Origin: a bacterium | GTDB lineage: Bacteria > RBG-13-61-14 > DATKZS01 | NCBI GenBank assembly: GCA_963674965.2 | Contig: CAXXFL010000002.1 | Span: 1-64,000 of the forward strand | Reading direction: 5' to 3' | Length of the DNA stretch: 64,000 nucleotides | Shown: positions 28,791 through 39,406 of the stretch, one piece after another | How the letters are laid out: each line of letters opens with the position of its first letter | How positions within the stretch are numbered: the first letter of the stretch is position 1 | Position numbers and translations under genes: made by a program | The notes under the pieces: generated by a model | The model's database searches: none | What the model was told of the DNA's origin: nothing | What the model saw: only the letters and a program-made list of their open reading frames with translations

Positions 28791-30224
28791 CTGAACTTTA
28801 GAACTTTTTAGTCTGGTTTGCACGTATCGACATTAAGCAGCCTCCTTGAGGGGCGTAATTTCCTCTGGTTTGGGGTCGGAATGGAAAGCGGGAGAAATTC
28901 GCAAAGCCTTGTAGAAAGCGCGTCGGAGCCGACCGACGCTTGGGGGGCCGCTCGGGTCCCACCACGGTTCGGCCTCGATCTTTTCCGCCTCCGGGACGCA
29001 AAGGGCAAGCAGGCCCAAAAGGCCGTAGGCGACCAGGCAGAGGTTGGCGTGGCGCTTGATGGCCGTGAACGACCTCTGGCGATAGTCGCCGAAACCGCCC
29101 GCCGTCTTCACCTCCCGGAACAACTCCTCGATCTTCCAGCGGCCCGAATACGTTTCCAGCGCCCGCTCCGGCTTCATCTCGACGTCGGTGGTGAAAAACA
29201 CGTTCATTTTTTTGCCGGAGCGCCGGGGGAAAATGATGACGAGTATCGGCTTGTCGCCGAGGGTGGCGCTGGGGACCATCACCCCGACGAAGGCCTCGAT
29301 GGTAACGGTCTTGCCGTAAATCCTGGCCTTGATTTTTTCGCGCTTCGATCTTTTCAACCACAGTTGTTGGGGGCTGAACTTCTTGCCGCGCTTGGGCGGC
29401 CTTCCCGGACCATTCTTCCTTTTGGGGAGTTCGTAGAGCGCCGCGTTCGAGCGGAGGCGGCTGATCAGGACCACCTCTTTGCCGTCGAACTCGAGACCGG
29501 CCAACTTGGCCTTGGCGTAGAGGTTGTCCACCACCAGGACCAGTCTCCGAGCGGGCCAGGAGAACCTTTTTATCATCATGGCGGCCAACTCGATCTTGGT
29601 TTTGAACTCCCATCCCTTGGGGCAAAACTTTTCCTGGACGAAGAGCAGCGCCGAGAGGGGGAAGGCGAACCACTTGCCCCCGCGCTCCCATAGAAGCGCC
29701 ATCACCACCCAGCAGTGGCCGAGCCCCCGGCGCTTTTGATGGCCGGGGTTTTTGTCCGTCGGGTCCGGGTAATAGCCCAGACCGAAGAACTTCTTGCCCC
29801 ATTTCTTGACCAGGGTGTCGTCGACGGCGACGACGATCTCGTCCATGATCTTGAGTCGTTGGGCCACCAGGTCGAGCAGGCATTGACTCACCTTTTGGCA
29901 GGACCACCGGCCCTTGCGCATGAAAGCGTAGGGCGTGGTCCAGTGCATGACCCGGTGGACTTGGGTGAGGCGCATGACCTCGGTCACGCAGTGCTGGAGA
30001 CCGAACAGCGCCGCGTGGGCGATAATGAAGGTCTGGAAGTGCTCGAACCCGGGCTTGGAGAAGCAGTTGACAAATACAAGCATCAGCGGCAACATAAGAG
30101 CTTGAGCGTTCATCAGCGTTCACTCCCGCGTTATGAGGGCCGATCACACCTCTCATTATACGGGAAAAACTGGTGAACGCTATTTTTACATGGTGGAACA
30201 TGGCTAAAAAGTTCTAAAGTTCAG
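28791..30224 (-). mobile_element. IS4/IS701-like element, copy 2
   Basis: Near-identical to 5071-6504; 8-bp duplication AAGATGTA. Confidence 0.93.
28833..30113 (-). CDS. DDE transposase (IS4/IS701-like)
   Basis: One visible V>G difference from 5113-6393. Confidence 0.9.
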   Translation of the reverse strand: MNAQALMLPLMLVFVNCFSKPGFEHFQTFIIAHAALFGLQHCVTEVMRLTQVHRVMHWTTPYAFMRKGRWSCQKVSQCLLDLVAQRLKIMDEIVVAVDDTLVKKWGKKFFGLGYYPDPTDKNPGHQKRRGLGHCWVVMALLWERGGKWFAFPLSALLFVQEKFCPKGWEFKTKIELAAMMIKRFSWPARRLVLVVDNLYAKAKLAGLEFDGKEVVLISRLRSNAALYELPKRKNGPGRPPKRGKKFSPQQLWLKRSKREKIKARIYGKTVTIEAFVGVMVPSATLGDKPILVIIFPRRSGKKMNVFFTTDVEMKPERALETYSGRWKIEELFREVKTAGGFGDYRQRSFTAIKRHANLCLVAYGLLGLLALCVPEAEKIEAEPWWDPSGPPSVGRLRRAFYKALRISPAFHSDPKPEEITPLKEAA

Positions 30225-30446
30225 AAGATGTAATTTCATACATGCAATCGGAGGAGCCATCTTGTTGACACCAAACATAATTTGCATCGGCTTTTAAGCA
30301 TTTATTGAACACATCGACGGGTATAGCATATGTTTTTTGTAGCAATAAGTTATCTGGATTTTCAATGCCTTTACTTGATTCATCGTCTTGACTTTCAAGT
30401 CTAATAGCTTTCTGTGATTTAGAACAGGCAGAAGGAATTGAAATAA

Positions 30447-31789
30447 GGTTCAACGTATTTAAGTATGGGTATATTTAGCATGGAAAGCGCCCCTTATCTT
30501 TAGGAAGAAGTATTCCATGTCCCTGAAGCCGAAGGCAATGCGCTTTATCACCTTGATCTTGTTGTTCACTCCCTCGATGAGGCTGGTGTGAATAGGATAA
30601 CGGCAATGAGAGATGAGACCGGGCATGTGATCCTTGAGCTTCTTGGCGAATTTCTTCAAAGCGTCGATCCGCGATCTCATCGCTCGATGATACCAGTTCA
30701 TCAGCCACTTGCGCGACCAAGCCTCGCTTTTATACCTCCAGATCTGCTTGAGGTCGTCCTTAAGAACATAGACTTTGAAAAGCTTGCGGTTAAGCCGGAG
30801 GAGATCGGCCAACCGAACGTGCTCGCCCCTTTCCACGTCAAGGTTCGAGGCGTTTTTAAGAAGCAGGTAGCGGCTGCCCTTGATGGCTTCCTTGCGTTCG
30901 CCTCGGGCCATCCTGAATTCCTGGACCCGGACCTTGTCCACCACCTCGCGTCCGTAAGCCGAAATGACGTGGAAGGGATCGTAAACTATCGCGGCGTTAG
31001 GGCAATGCTCGCGAGTGGCCTCCTCATAAGGCTTCCACATGTCCATGGCCACCGCCTCGATCTTCTCGCACTTTTCCGGCCCCAGGGCCTCGTAAAAAAA
31101 GGACAGGCTCTCCTTGGTCCGGTCCAGGCCGATGTAGGGGATTTCACCGCTCTTGAAGTCGATCACGGCCGTGGCGTAGCGATGGCGGCGGCGGATGGAA
31201 AACTCGTCCACGCCGATGACGGTGGGAGAAGCCTCGGACGGATCGGGCACTCGCTCATCCAGCGCGGCCTTGTCTATGGCCTTGACCGTCTTCTCGTGGA
31301 GGCCGTACTGCTCGGCAACGGCCTTAAGGCTACGAATCTCCTCGCAGGCCAAAGCCACCTCGGCGGCAAGACGTTTCGAGTACTCGACCCGGGGAAGCGT
31401 CCACTCGAGGCTCTCGGTGACCACTCCGCAGTCGGGGCAATCAACGCGGACCTGATAGAAAAAAAGGTAACTCCGCTTGAAGACGCCGTAGGAAAGATCA
31501 CGGACGCAACGTTCGTCGCAGTCGTAATACGCGCTGAACTCCCTGCCGCATCTGCACTTGTAAACGTTGCGATCGCGCGAAAGCTCGATCATCAGGCTGG
31601 GGAATTCATCTCCCTCCCAAGTATGAGTGCTGACCCGATGAACGGAAAAACCTGGAATGTTGACCATAATATCGATATAATCCTTTTTGACCGCCATCTC
31701 GTCCTCCTTGTTTTGGTGCTTTTTGCTAAAACTACTCTGACAAAGAGAACGGGGGCGGTCAATTCACCCACACTAAATTACGTAGAACC
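30447..31789 (-). mobile_element. ISL3-family element 2
   Basis: IRs GGTTCAACGTATTTAAGTATGGGT / GGTTCTACGTAATTTAGTGTGGGT; no target duplication seen. Confidence 0.88.
30459..31697 (-). CDS. ISL3 transposase
   Basis: IGVDEF, AMDMW, YDPFH, EGVNNKIKVIKRIAFGFR. Confidence 0.93.
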   Translation of the reverse strand: MAVKKDYIDIMVNIPGFSVHRVSTHTWEGDEFPSLMIELSRDRNVYKCRCGREFSAYYDCDERCVRDLSYGVFKRSYLFFYQVRVDCPDCGVVTESLEWTLPRVEYSKRLAAEVALACEEIRSLKAVAEQYGLHEKTVKAIDKAALDERVPDPSEASPTVIGVDEFSIRRRHRYATAVIDFKSGEIPYIGLDRTKESLSFFYEALGPEKCEKIEAVAMDMWKPYEEATREHCPNAAIVYDPFHVISAYGREVVDKVRVQEFRMARGERKEAIKGSRYLLLKNASNLDVERGEHVRLADLLRLNRKLFKVYVLKDDLKQIWRYKSEAWSRKWLMNWYHRAMRSRIDALKKFAKKLKDHMPGLISHCRYPIHTSLIEGVNNKIKVIKRIAFGFRDMEYFFLKIRGAFHAKYTHT

Positions 31790-31811
31790 AAATTTCTCAG
31801 AGAGGTAAATA

Positions 31812-33371
31812 ATGACAAACGGCCGAACAGGACTGCCGCCACGCGACAAGTCCATTCCCGCTGCCGCTTATGTGCGCATGTCCACCGAACATCAGCAATA
31901 CAGCGCCGACAACCAGCTTGAGATCATCAGGCAATATGCCGAGCACCACAATTACAAGATTGTAGAGATCTATTCTGATGAAGGAAAGAGCGGTCTGAAT
32001 ATTGAAGGCCGAGATTCTCTCGCGAGGCTGCTGCGCGACGTCGAAAGCGGGCAGGCGGCATTTGAGGAGATACTGGTATATGACGTTTCCCGCTGGGCCA
32101 GATTCCAGGACGCGGACGAGAGCGCGCACTATGAATACATCTGCAAGAGAGCCGGGGTCAAGATCAAGTATTGCGCGGAGCTATTTGAAAACGACGGCAG
32201 CCCTATTTCAACAATCGTCAAAGGAGTAAAGCGCTCCATGGCCGTGGAATACAGCCGGGAGTTGTCGGGCAAGGTCTTTCATGGAGCGTCGAACCTGGTA
32301 AAGCTGGGATTTCGCCAGGGTGGCACGGCTGGTTACGGCCTGCGTCGAGTGCTGGTGGACGCCAGCGGACAATTTAAGGACGAGTTCAAAATGGGCGAGC
32401 ATAAAAGCCTCCAGACTGACCGGGTGATTCTGACTCCTGGCCCTGCCGAAGAAGTGGCAAACGTTCGTGAGATGTTTCGGCTTTTCGTTCATGAAGGCAA
32501 GAATGAAGGCGAGATAGCCGCTATTTTCAATGACAGAAATATTTTGAACGATTATCAGCGGCCCTGGAAGCGTGGTCCCATTCGCCAGATACTGACCAAT
32601 GAAAAGTACATTGGGCACAACGTTTATAACCGCCAGTCGTACAAGCTGAAAATCGCGAGGGTGCAGAATCCGCCTGAGGAGTGGATTCGTAAGGACGGGG
32701 CCTTTGAGCCGATCGTTGACGCGCAGACTTTTTTCACAGCTCGGGGCATAATCCTGGCTCGCAGCCGGAGGTTGAGCGATGATGAGATGTTGGAAAAGCT
32801 GAAAGATGTGTACCTCAAGAACGGCAGGCTTTCGGGGATTTTGATTGATGAAGCTGAAACACTGCCCACGGCTTCAGCGTATCAGCATCGCTTCGGTAGC
32901 CTGTTACGGGCCTACCGGCTGATAGGTTACGTCCCGGAAATCGATTACAGTTACATTGAAGTCAATCGTCGGTTGAGGGAGATGTATCCGCAAACTATCG
33001 CTGAGGTGATCAATCAATTGGAAGAACATGGCGCGGAAGTGGAGACTGACGAGCAATCGGATCTGCTATTGATCAATCGAGAGATTCTGGTTTCCTTAAC
33101 CCTGGCTCGCTGTCGGCAGACAGGAGCCGGGGCCCTTCGCTGGCTGCTGCGCTTTGAAGAGGGCCTCAGGCCCGACATAACCATTGCGGTTAGAATGGAA
33201 GAAGGCAATGAGCAGATCCGGGATTATTATCTGTTCCCCGCTCTCGACCTGACGGCCAGTAAACTTCGCCTGGCAGAAGAGAAGAGCATCAACTTGGACG
33301 CGTATCGTTTTGACAATCTCGATTATTTCTTCAATCTTGCCGAGCGCGTGATTCTGGAGGATGTGGCTTAA
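31812..33371 (+). CDS. Large serine recombinase
   Basis: AYVRMSTEHQ catalytic Ser, VYDVSRWAR, LTNEKYIG recombinase domain. Confidence 0.92.
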   Translation: MTNGRTGLPPRDKSIPAAAYVRMSTEHQQYSADNQLEIIRQYAEHHNYKIVEIYSDEGKSGLNIEGRDSLARLLRDVESGQAAFEEILVYDVSRWARFQDADESAHYEYICKRAGVKIKYCAELFENDGSPISTIVKGVKRSMAVEYSRELSGKVFHGASNLVKLGFRQGGTAGYGLRRVLVDASGQFKDEFKMGEHKSLQTDRVILTPGPAEEVANVREMFRLFVHEGKNEGEIAAIFNDRNILNDYQRPWKRGPIRQILTNEKYIGHNVYNRQSYKLKIARVQNPPEEWIRKDGAFEPIVDAQTFFTARGIILARSRRLSDDEMLEKLKDVYLKNGRLSGILIDEAETLPTASAYQHRFGSLLRAYRLIGYVPEIDYSYIEVNRRLREMYPQTIAEVINQLEEHGAEVETDEQSDLLLINREILVSLTLARCRQTGAGALRWLLRFEEGLRPDITIAVRMEEGNEQIRDYYLFPALDLTASKLRLAEEKSINLDAYRFDNLDYFFNLAERVILEDVA

Positions 33372-33373
33372 TC

Positions 33374-34267
33374 ATGGCTAAAAAGAAGCTGGAAGATCTT
33401 ACAATCGCGGTTATTCCTATCGAACAGATCCGGGTTATCAATCCCCGCGTGCGTGATAAAAACAAGTTTCATCGGATCGTCCGCAGCATGCCCCAGATCG
33501 GCATCAAGAGGCCGATAATAGTGAGCCGCGGAAAGCCTGGTGAAACCGAGGAGTCGGGATATGATCTGGTGTGCGGGCAGGGGCGTCTGGAGGCGTTTAT
33601 CGAGCTTGGCGAAAAGGAAATTCCCGCAATCGTGATTGATGCTTCCCAAAAACAGAGTCTGCAGATGAGTCTGGTGGAGAACCTGGCGCGTCGTCATAGC
33701 AGCTATTATGAATTGATTGGAAATCTTTTGTTGCAAAAGGATCGCGGGTACAGCAATCTTGAGATAGCCAATAAAACCGGGCTGACTGAAAATTACGTTA
33801 GAAGCATATTGAAGCTGCTGGAGGAGGGAGAAGAGCGTTTGGTAGAAGCGGTCGCGTCCGGGCGCATACCCATCAGCGCCGCTTTGGAAATAATGAAACT
33901 GGACGACTCACAGTTGCAGAGTTGGCTAACCGAAGCGTATGAGGACGGTGAGTTGAAAGGCAAGGAGCTGAGGATGACGCGGCGCATAGCTGAGAAGCGC
34001 ATGCTGATGGGCAAAACCAAGCATAAGTATCCTCACGGTCAAGGGGGCGGCAAGGCAGGTCTGCTAAGGGAGTATCAAAAGCAGGCCGAAATCCAGAAGC
34101 TGCAGGTAAAGAAGTCGGAATTGGCGGAGTATCGCCGCTCGATAGTCGAGGCCGCTTTTCGGCGACTGCTCGGCGATGAGAATTTTATCAATCTACTGCG
34201 CGCCGAAGGTTTGCAGGACATGCCGCGCATGCTGTCGGATGGAGCCCTCAAGGTTGACGGGCGATGA
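33374..34267 (+). CDS. ParB/RepB-like protein 1
   Basis: IGIKRPIIV, LVCGQGRLEA, SLVENLARR. Confidence 0.88.
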   Translation: MAKKKLEDLTIAVIPIEQIRVINPRVRDKNKFHRIVRSMPQIGIKRPIIVSRGKPGETEESGYDLVCGQGRLEAFIELGEKEIPAIVIDASQKQSLQMSLVENLARRHSSYYELIGNLLLQKDRGYSNLEIANKTGLTENYVRSILKLLEEGEERLVEAVASGRIPISAALEIMKLDDSQLQSWLTEAYEDGELKGKELRMTRRIAEKRMLMGKTKHKYPHGQGGGKAGLLREYQKQAEIQKLQVKKSELAEYRRSIVEAAFRRLLGDENFINLLRAEGLQDMPRMLSDGALKVDGR

Positions 34268-35148
34268 GCAAGAAAATCAAATGGGCTTTTAATGGCGAAA
34301 TGGTCGTCCTTCCCTTGGACAGAATACTTCCCGTCAAATCGATCAAATTCTCGACAAGTCATTCCAACAAATACAACAGCATTCTTGCCTCGATCAAAGA
34401 AGTGGGGCTGGTCGAGCCACTCGTGGTTTTTCCCGAAAAAGGCCGCAAGGGTTTTTATTGTCTACTGGACGGGCATCTTAGATACAAGGCGATTACTGAT
34501 CTTGGCTGGACTGAAGTCAAGTGCCTGGTCGCGAAGGATGAGGAGTACTTCAGCTATAATTATTACATCAACCGACTTGCAATTATCCAGGAGCACAGGA
34601 TGATTGTGGAGGCTCTAAGCAAGGGCTTATCTGAGGAAGAACTCGCCCGAACCCTCAATGTCGACGTTAAAAGGATTCGCGAACGCAGGGACATAGTGAA
34701 CGGCATCTGCCCGGAAGCGGTGGATATGCTGAAAGATAAACAGGTTGCCGTAAAGACTCTCAAGCTATTAAAAAAAGTCAAGCCCATTAGACAAATAGAG
34801 ATTGCTGAGACACTGGTTCGACTGAATTATTTCAGCGCAAAGTACGTGGAGGCACAGGTCCTGGCCACTGCGCCGGAGCTAATGGTTGATTCAGGAAAAT
34901 CAATAAAAGGGAAAGAGACCACACTTGCTGATATGGCAAAGTTGCGCAAAGAGCTGGAGACATTGGAGCGCAAGTATCGCCTGCTTGACGATTCGCTGGC
35001 CGAGAACACACTTAAAGTCGCCATATACCGTAAGTATTTAAAGCGTATACTAGACAACTCCAAGGTGAAGAAATATTTGTCCAAGAACTATCCAGAATTA
35101 TTGAGCGAGTTCAAGGAAATCATAGAAAAAGAGACGATCTCAGTGTAA
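34264..35148 (+). CDS. ParB/RepB-like protein 2
   Basis: SIKEVGLVEPLVV, LLDGHLRYKA; ATGA overlap with the previous gene. Confidence 0.88.
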   Translation: MSKKIKWAFNGEMVVLPLDRILPVKSIKFSTSHSNKYNSILASIKEVGLVEPLVVFPEKGRKGFYCLLDGHLRYKAITDLGWTEVKCLVAKDEEYFSYNYYINRLAIIQEHRMIVEALSKGLSEEELARTLNVDVKRIRERRDIVNGICPEAVDMLKDKQVAVKTLKLLKKVKPIRQIEIAETLVRLNYFSAKYVEAQVLATAPELMVDSGKSIKGKETTLADMAKLRKELETLERKYRLLDDSLAENTLKVAIYRKYLKRILDNSKVKKYLSKNYPELLSEFKEIIEKETISV

Positions 35149-35687
35149 TTGAGCATAACTTCATGCCCTGAGTATGTTTATAGTATGAATCGATGCGCAA
35201 ACCTGCCATAATGAGAAAAGATCATGGCCCGCCGAAAGGAAAGACCTTCGCAATATTGCTGACCTGAGATCTAGAGATTTTCTAGATTTTTCAAATTTTC
35301 CCGACACTTTCACATTTTCTCCGGTATATAATCTGCAGGAGCTTTTCATTTTTTCTGGCGATTGCCTTGCTTTGTTCCGAATCCGAGGCTCCGACGAGGA
35401 ATTTAATGGAACTTTTGAATCCTGATTTCGGATGGTTGACCCTCAACATGCTGATGAGCTTCGCCGAATTCGAGCGTGAGATTATCTCGGAGCGAACTCG
35501 GGACAAGATAGGAGCAGCAAGGAAAAAAGGGAAATGGACCGGCGGGCAGGTTCCCTTACGTTTCAGGATTGTGGACAAAAAATTGATTCTCAACGAGCCG
35601 GAGGCGGATGCGGTGCGGCCCTCTGTGCCAACGTAGATGAGACACTTCCCCTATGTTAAATTACTGTAGGGCGGGGGAGGTATTAGG

Positions 35688-36227
35688 ATGTATAGAGAGA
35701 TGGATGAAGACAGGAAGAAGGCAGGGATTGTTGGGGAGACGGAGGGAGCCCGTAGGGCGACCGGAGTCTCCCCAACCGGGACGGCCGAGCCGGAGGACAC
35801 TCCTGCCAAGCGGCCCGAGCGGGTGGGGGCGCCGATCATTCTTCCCGAGCCGGAGGTCCCGGAAAAGCCCGCCCGGCGGCGCTTCACCGCGGCTTACAAG
35901 CTCGCAATCCTCGGGAAGGCCGACGCCTGCTCGGGGCATGGCGAGGTCGGCGCCCTGCTGCGCCGGGAGGGCCTTTATTCGTCGCACCTGACGGCCTGGC
36001 GCAAGCAGCGGGACGAGGGGGCCTTGAAAGCGCTTTCGCCCGTAAAGCGGGGCCGCAAGCCCAAGGCCAAAAACCCGCTGGCCGATGAAGTGGCCCGCCT
36101 CGAGCGCGAGAACGGGAAGCTCCAAAAGCGGCTCGAACAGGCCGAGATGATAATCGACTTCCAAAAAAAAGTTGCCGATCTGCTGGGGATACCCCTGGCC
36201 AAGCCGCCCGGCGAAGAGAGCGAATGA
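35688..36227 (+). CDS. IS3-A OrfA
   Basis: HTH transposase N-terminal part. Confidence 0.88.
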   Translation: MYREMDEDRKKAGIVGETEGARRATGVSPTGTAEPEDTPAKRPERVGAPIILPEPEVPEKPARRRFTAAYKLAILGKADACSGHGEVGALLRREGLYSSHLTAWRKQRDEGALKALSPVKRGRKPKAKNPLADEVARLERENGKLQKRLEQAEMIIDFQKKVADLLGIPLAKPPGEESE

Positions 36228-37240
36228 TGGAATCGGCAAGCACGGCCGCTCCCCGGGTCGGCGCCAAGGCCGCCTGCGAGGCCCTGGGCCTGTCGCGAGC
36301 AACGTTTAATCGTCGCGCTAAAATTCCCTTCGGGCCTCCGCCGCCGAGGCGCGCGGCCAAGCCGGCAAGGTCGTTGAGCGAGGACGAGCGGCGCCGGGTG
36401 CTGGACGAACTCCACTCCGAGCGCTTTGCCGACAAGGCCCCCCGCGAGGTCTGGGCAACGCTCCTGGACGAGGGGACATGGCTGTGCTCGGTCCGCACCA
36501 TGTACCGCGTCCTCGACTCGGAAAAGGAAGTCCGGGAGCGGCGCAACCAACTCCGGCGTCCCCGATACAAAAAACCCGAGTTGCTGGCCGAGGCCCCCAA
36601 CCAGGTCTGGTCCTGGGACGTCACCAAACTCAAGGGACCGGCCAAATGGACCTGCTACCAACTCTACGTGATCATGGACATCTTCAGCCGCTGCGTGGTG
36701 GGATGGATGATCGCCGGACGCGAAAGCGCGGAGCTGGCCCGCCGCCTGATCGGGGACAGCATCCGAAAACAGGGGATCGAGCCGGGACAACTCACCATCC
36801 ACGCCGACCGGGGGAGTTCGATGAAATCAAAGCCGGTGGCCTTCTTGATGGCCGACCTGGGCGTGACCAAGAGCCACTCGCGGCCCCACGTGTCCGACGA
36901 CAACCCCTACTCGGAAAGCCAGTTCAAGACCATGAAGTACCGGCCCGAGTTCCCGAGCCGGTTCGGCTCCATCGAGGACGCCAGGGCCTTTTGCGTGAAG
37001 TTTTTCGATTGGTACAACCGCGAGCATCGGCACACCGGGATCGGCCTGATGACGCCCGAGATGGTCCATTACGGAATGGCGAGCGAGATCGTGGCCGCCA
37101 GGCAAAAAACGCTCGACCACGCCTATGAAAAAAAACCGGAGCGCTTCGTGAAAAGACCGCCGACGGCGCCGGAGTTGCCCGGCAAAGCGTGGATCAACCC
37201 ACCGGCGAAACCGGAGGAAATAAACAGTTTGCCACACTAA
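36224..37240 (+). CDS. IS3-A OrfB
   Basis: rve DDE domain. Confidence 0.93.
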   Translation: MMESASTAAPRVGAKAACEALGLSRATFNRRAKIPFGPPPPRRAAKPARSLSEDERRRVLDELHSERFADKAPREVWATLLDEGTWLCSVRTMYRVLDSEKEVRERRNQLRRPRYKKPELLAEAPNQVWSWDVTKLKGPAKWTCYQLYVIMDIFSRCVVGWMIAGRESAELARRLIGDSIRKQGIEPGQLTIHADRGSSMKSKPVAFLMADLGVTKSHSRPHVSDDNPYSESQFKTMKYRPEFPSRFGSIEDARAFCVKFFDWYNREHRHTGIGLMTPEMVHYGMASEIVAARQKTLDHAYEKKPERFVKRPPTAPELPGKAWINPPAKPEEINSLPH

Positions 37241-38233
37241 ATTCAGGAAAGGCGTGTCTCATTTTGCTTGACACATTCCGCGGCGGGTGTTCGATCTCTA
37301 TATCGATTGCCGATCCCCGCTTGCGGTTTTCCAAAGCCTTTCTGATAATTTGGAAAACATAGACAGTAACCGCAAATGGAACAAGCACACGGTTCTGCGC
37401 ATGCTGAAAAATCCGCTTTATGCGGGCTACATATCTTACGGAAACAATCTCTATGAAGGCGAACATGCTTCAATAGTGGACAAAGATAAGTTCCATGCCG
37501 TCCAGAAACTTATTCGTGACAATACCCGAACCCGCCAGGTTTCTACAGATGAATATCTTCTGCAGGGACTGACTCGTTGTGCAGCCTGCGGGGCCGCTTA
37601 TACTCCAGCCTCAGCCAAACGAGGAAAAAACAAGCGGCGCTATTACCGCTGCCTTACCCGCGATAAACAGGGCCGGGACGCCTGCCCCGCCCGGCCACTG
37701 CCCGCGGAATCACTCGAGAAATATGTGGTTGATCGGGTAAAGGACGCCGCGTCCGAGATCGACAATCCTGACGATTTATTGTCATCCGTTAGACGGAATT
37801 ATGCGGCCAGGCTTCAGGAAAGGAACATGGAACGTCAACGACTGCCTAAGATGATCGGCGAACTTGCGGCAAAAGGGCACGAGATCGCTAAAAATATGGA
37901 GCAGGCAAAGGGGGAGGATTGGAAAAAACTCGATGCCAGGCTCGGCTGCTTGTACGATGAACTGGGGAAGATGGACCACAATCTTTGCCAAGTGGAACGG
38001 AACATCGCTGCTCTGAAAAAGCAACATGAAGAGGTCGAGTGGATGATTAGCGTTATGAGACGATTTGACTCGGTATGGGATGCCTTGACATCTGAAAACA
38101 AACGCCGACTACTGCGCGCAATTGTAAGTGAAATCATCATCGACGAGCCTTGTGGCAAGGTGGAAATGAAAATTGTCGATTACTCGGCCGCGGGGCCTCC
38201 TTATGTTAACAAGAAGACGCGCTGGAGGATACC

Positions 38234-38653
38234 ATGATCGAATCCGAACAACTCATTAAAACGATGACCGCATATATTTTTCGCGCCCGCCGGGGACGGG
38301 AGACTATATTGTCCGCCGAGCCTCCAGTTAAACCAGAACCCCCCACTTTGAAACCGATTCCCCTTGCGGTATTGCTAGGGCAGGCTCATCATCTGCAAAA
38401 GGAGCTTGACCATGGCGGATGCGGCAACCGGGCTGACCTGGCTCGGCGGCACGGTCTCACACGGGCCCGCCTTACCCAGATACTGAACCTGCTCCTATTG
38501 GCCCCGCAAATCCAGGAGGAGATTTTATTCATGGAATCGACCAGTAAAAGAGATGCCATTAGCGAACGCAGGCTGCGTGACATTATCCAGGCCGAGGACT
38601 GGAACCAACAGCTGAGACAGTGGGAATTGCTGAAGTCTTCATGCGGGACTTGA
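38234..38653 (+). CDS. Small HTH protein accompanying serine recombinases
   Basis: RADLARRHGLTRARLTQILNLLLLAPQIQEEIL; paralog at 58917. Confidence 0.75.
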   Translation: MIESEQLIKTMTAYIFRARRGRETILSAEPPVKPEPPTLKPIPLAVLLGQAHHLQKELDHGGCGNRADLARRHGLTRARLTQILNLLLLAPQIQEEILFMESTSKRDAISERRLRDIIQAEDWNQQLRQWELLKSSCGT

Positions 38654-38722
38654 TGGCTCACATGCGAATTTTCTCCTTCAGGTACATGGCAATGGGCATG
38701 GTCGAATAAAAGGTGACCGCTG

Positions 38723-39406
38723 ATGAGCCATATGAATAGAAAAATCTCGGAATGTAATGGCTTGAAAAAGGGATCGGGAAAGCCCATTACTCTGGATATC
38801 CTCTTTCATGACGGGCTTTCGCAATTCATCGTGCGTAAGATCGACCCAATAAGTTTCCATGGCTATAAACGGAGGATAGCTCTGGACCATGAAGATAGAG
38901 AGTGCTCCACCGCATTGCTCACCGATGACGGCCTCCACCTTATGCCCAACGGCTGTACAGCGGAAATGTACCTGGATGAGGAAGGGGACCATGTCGAGCG
39001 GAAGGAAATCATTGCTTGTGATGAAGCTGGAAACTCATTAGCTGAATTTCCAGCCACCGCCGGGGCTCCACAGACGATATCAGGCCCGGTTCCGGCCAGT
39101 GAGATTTTGGAGCATGTCGTCACGGCGGTTTCTCTACTGGAAGCGAAAACGCTGGACTCGGGATTGCAGGACTCACTCGAAGCTGGCGAAATTTATCGGA
39201 CATCGTTCCGGCCGCGCAAAACATACCATGACAATCCCGCATTCCTGCTCAAGGGAGTTGAGGGATTTTTCCTGATCGTGGGTGAGCGATGTCGATTCGA
39301 GTATGCTCGGCGTGGGCAATTGATCAACTTCGCCGATAATTACGAGAACGATGACGCTCAGGATTTCTTTGATATGGGATTTAGAGCCTGGAGAGGTTTT
39401 TCGTGA
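38723..39406 (+). CDS. Hypothetical protein, divergent Ku-like (subunit 1)
   Basis: By-eye similarity to the bacterial Ku core (GDHVERKEII; GPVPASEI..LLE; FRPR..AFLL); acidic tail. Confidence 0.55.
   Translation: MSHMNRKISECNGLKKGSGKPITLDILFHDGLSQFIVRKIDPISFHGYKRRIALDHEDRECSTALLTDDGLHLMPNGCTAEMYLDEEGDHVERKEIIACDEAGNSLAEFPATAGAPQTISGPVPASEILEHVVTAVSLLEAKTLDSGLQDSLEAGEIYRTSFRPRKTYHDNPAFLLKGVEGFFLIVGERCRFEYARRGQLINFADNYENDDAQDFFDMGFRAWRGFS

Larger units (their letters stand above)
28601..30446 (-). pseudogene. AT-rich secreted/lipoprotein-like gene fragment cut by three ISs
   Basis: YEITS|YKIDLNSDQKMNYIV..HCGSGGC rejoins in frame across the middle IS; both ends abut ISL3 IRs. Confidence 0.6.
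35619..37280 (+). mobile_element. IS3-family element A, copy 3 (1662 bp)
   Basis: CGG 3-bp duplication; A8G at 36163-36171. Confidence 0.95.
35430..38237 (+). pseudogene. Second large serine recombinase: catalytic N-terminus missing, split by IS3-A copy 3
   Basis: [36 protein letters not shown] rejoins in frame; Zn-ribbon CAACG..YYRC. Confidence 0.85.

Noticed and set aside
27253-31789. ISL3 composite transposon
   Set aside because: The two ISL3s are different elements and the outer flanks share no duplication
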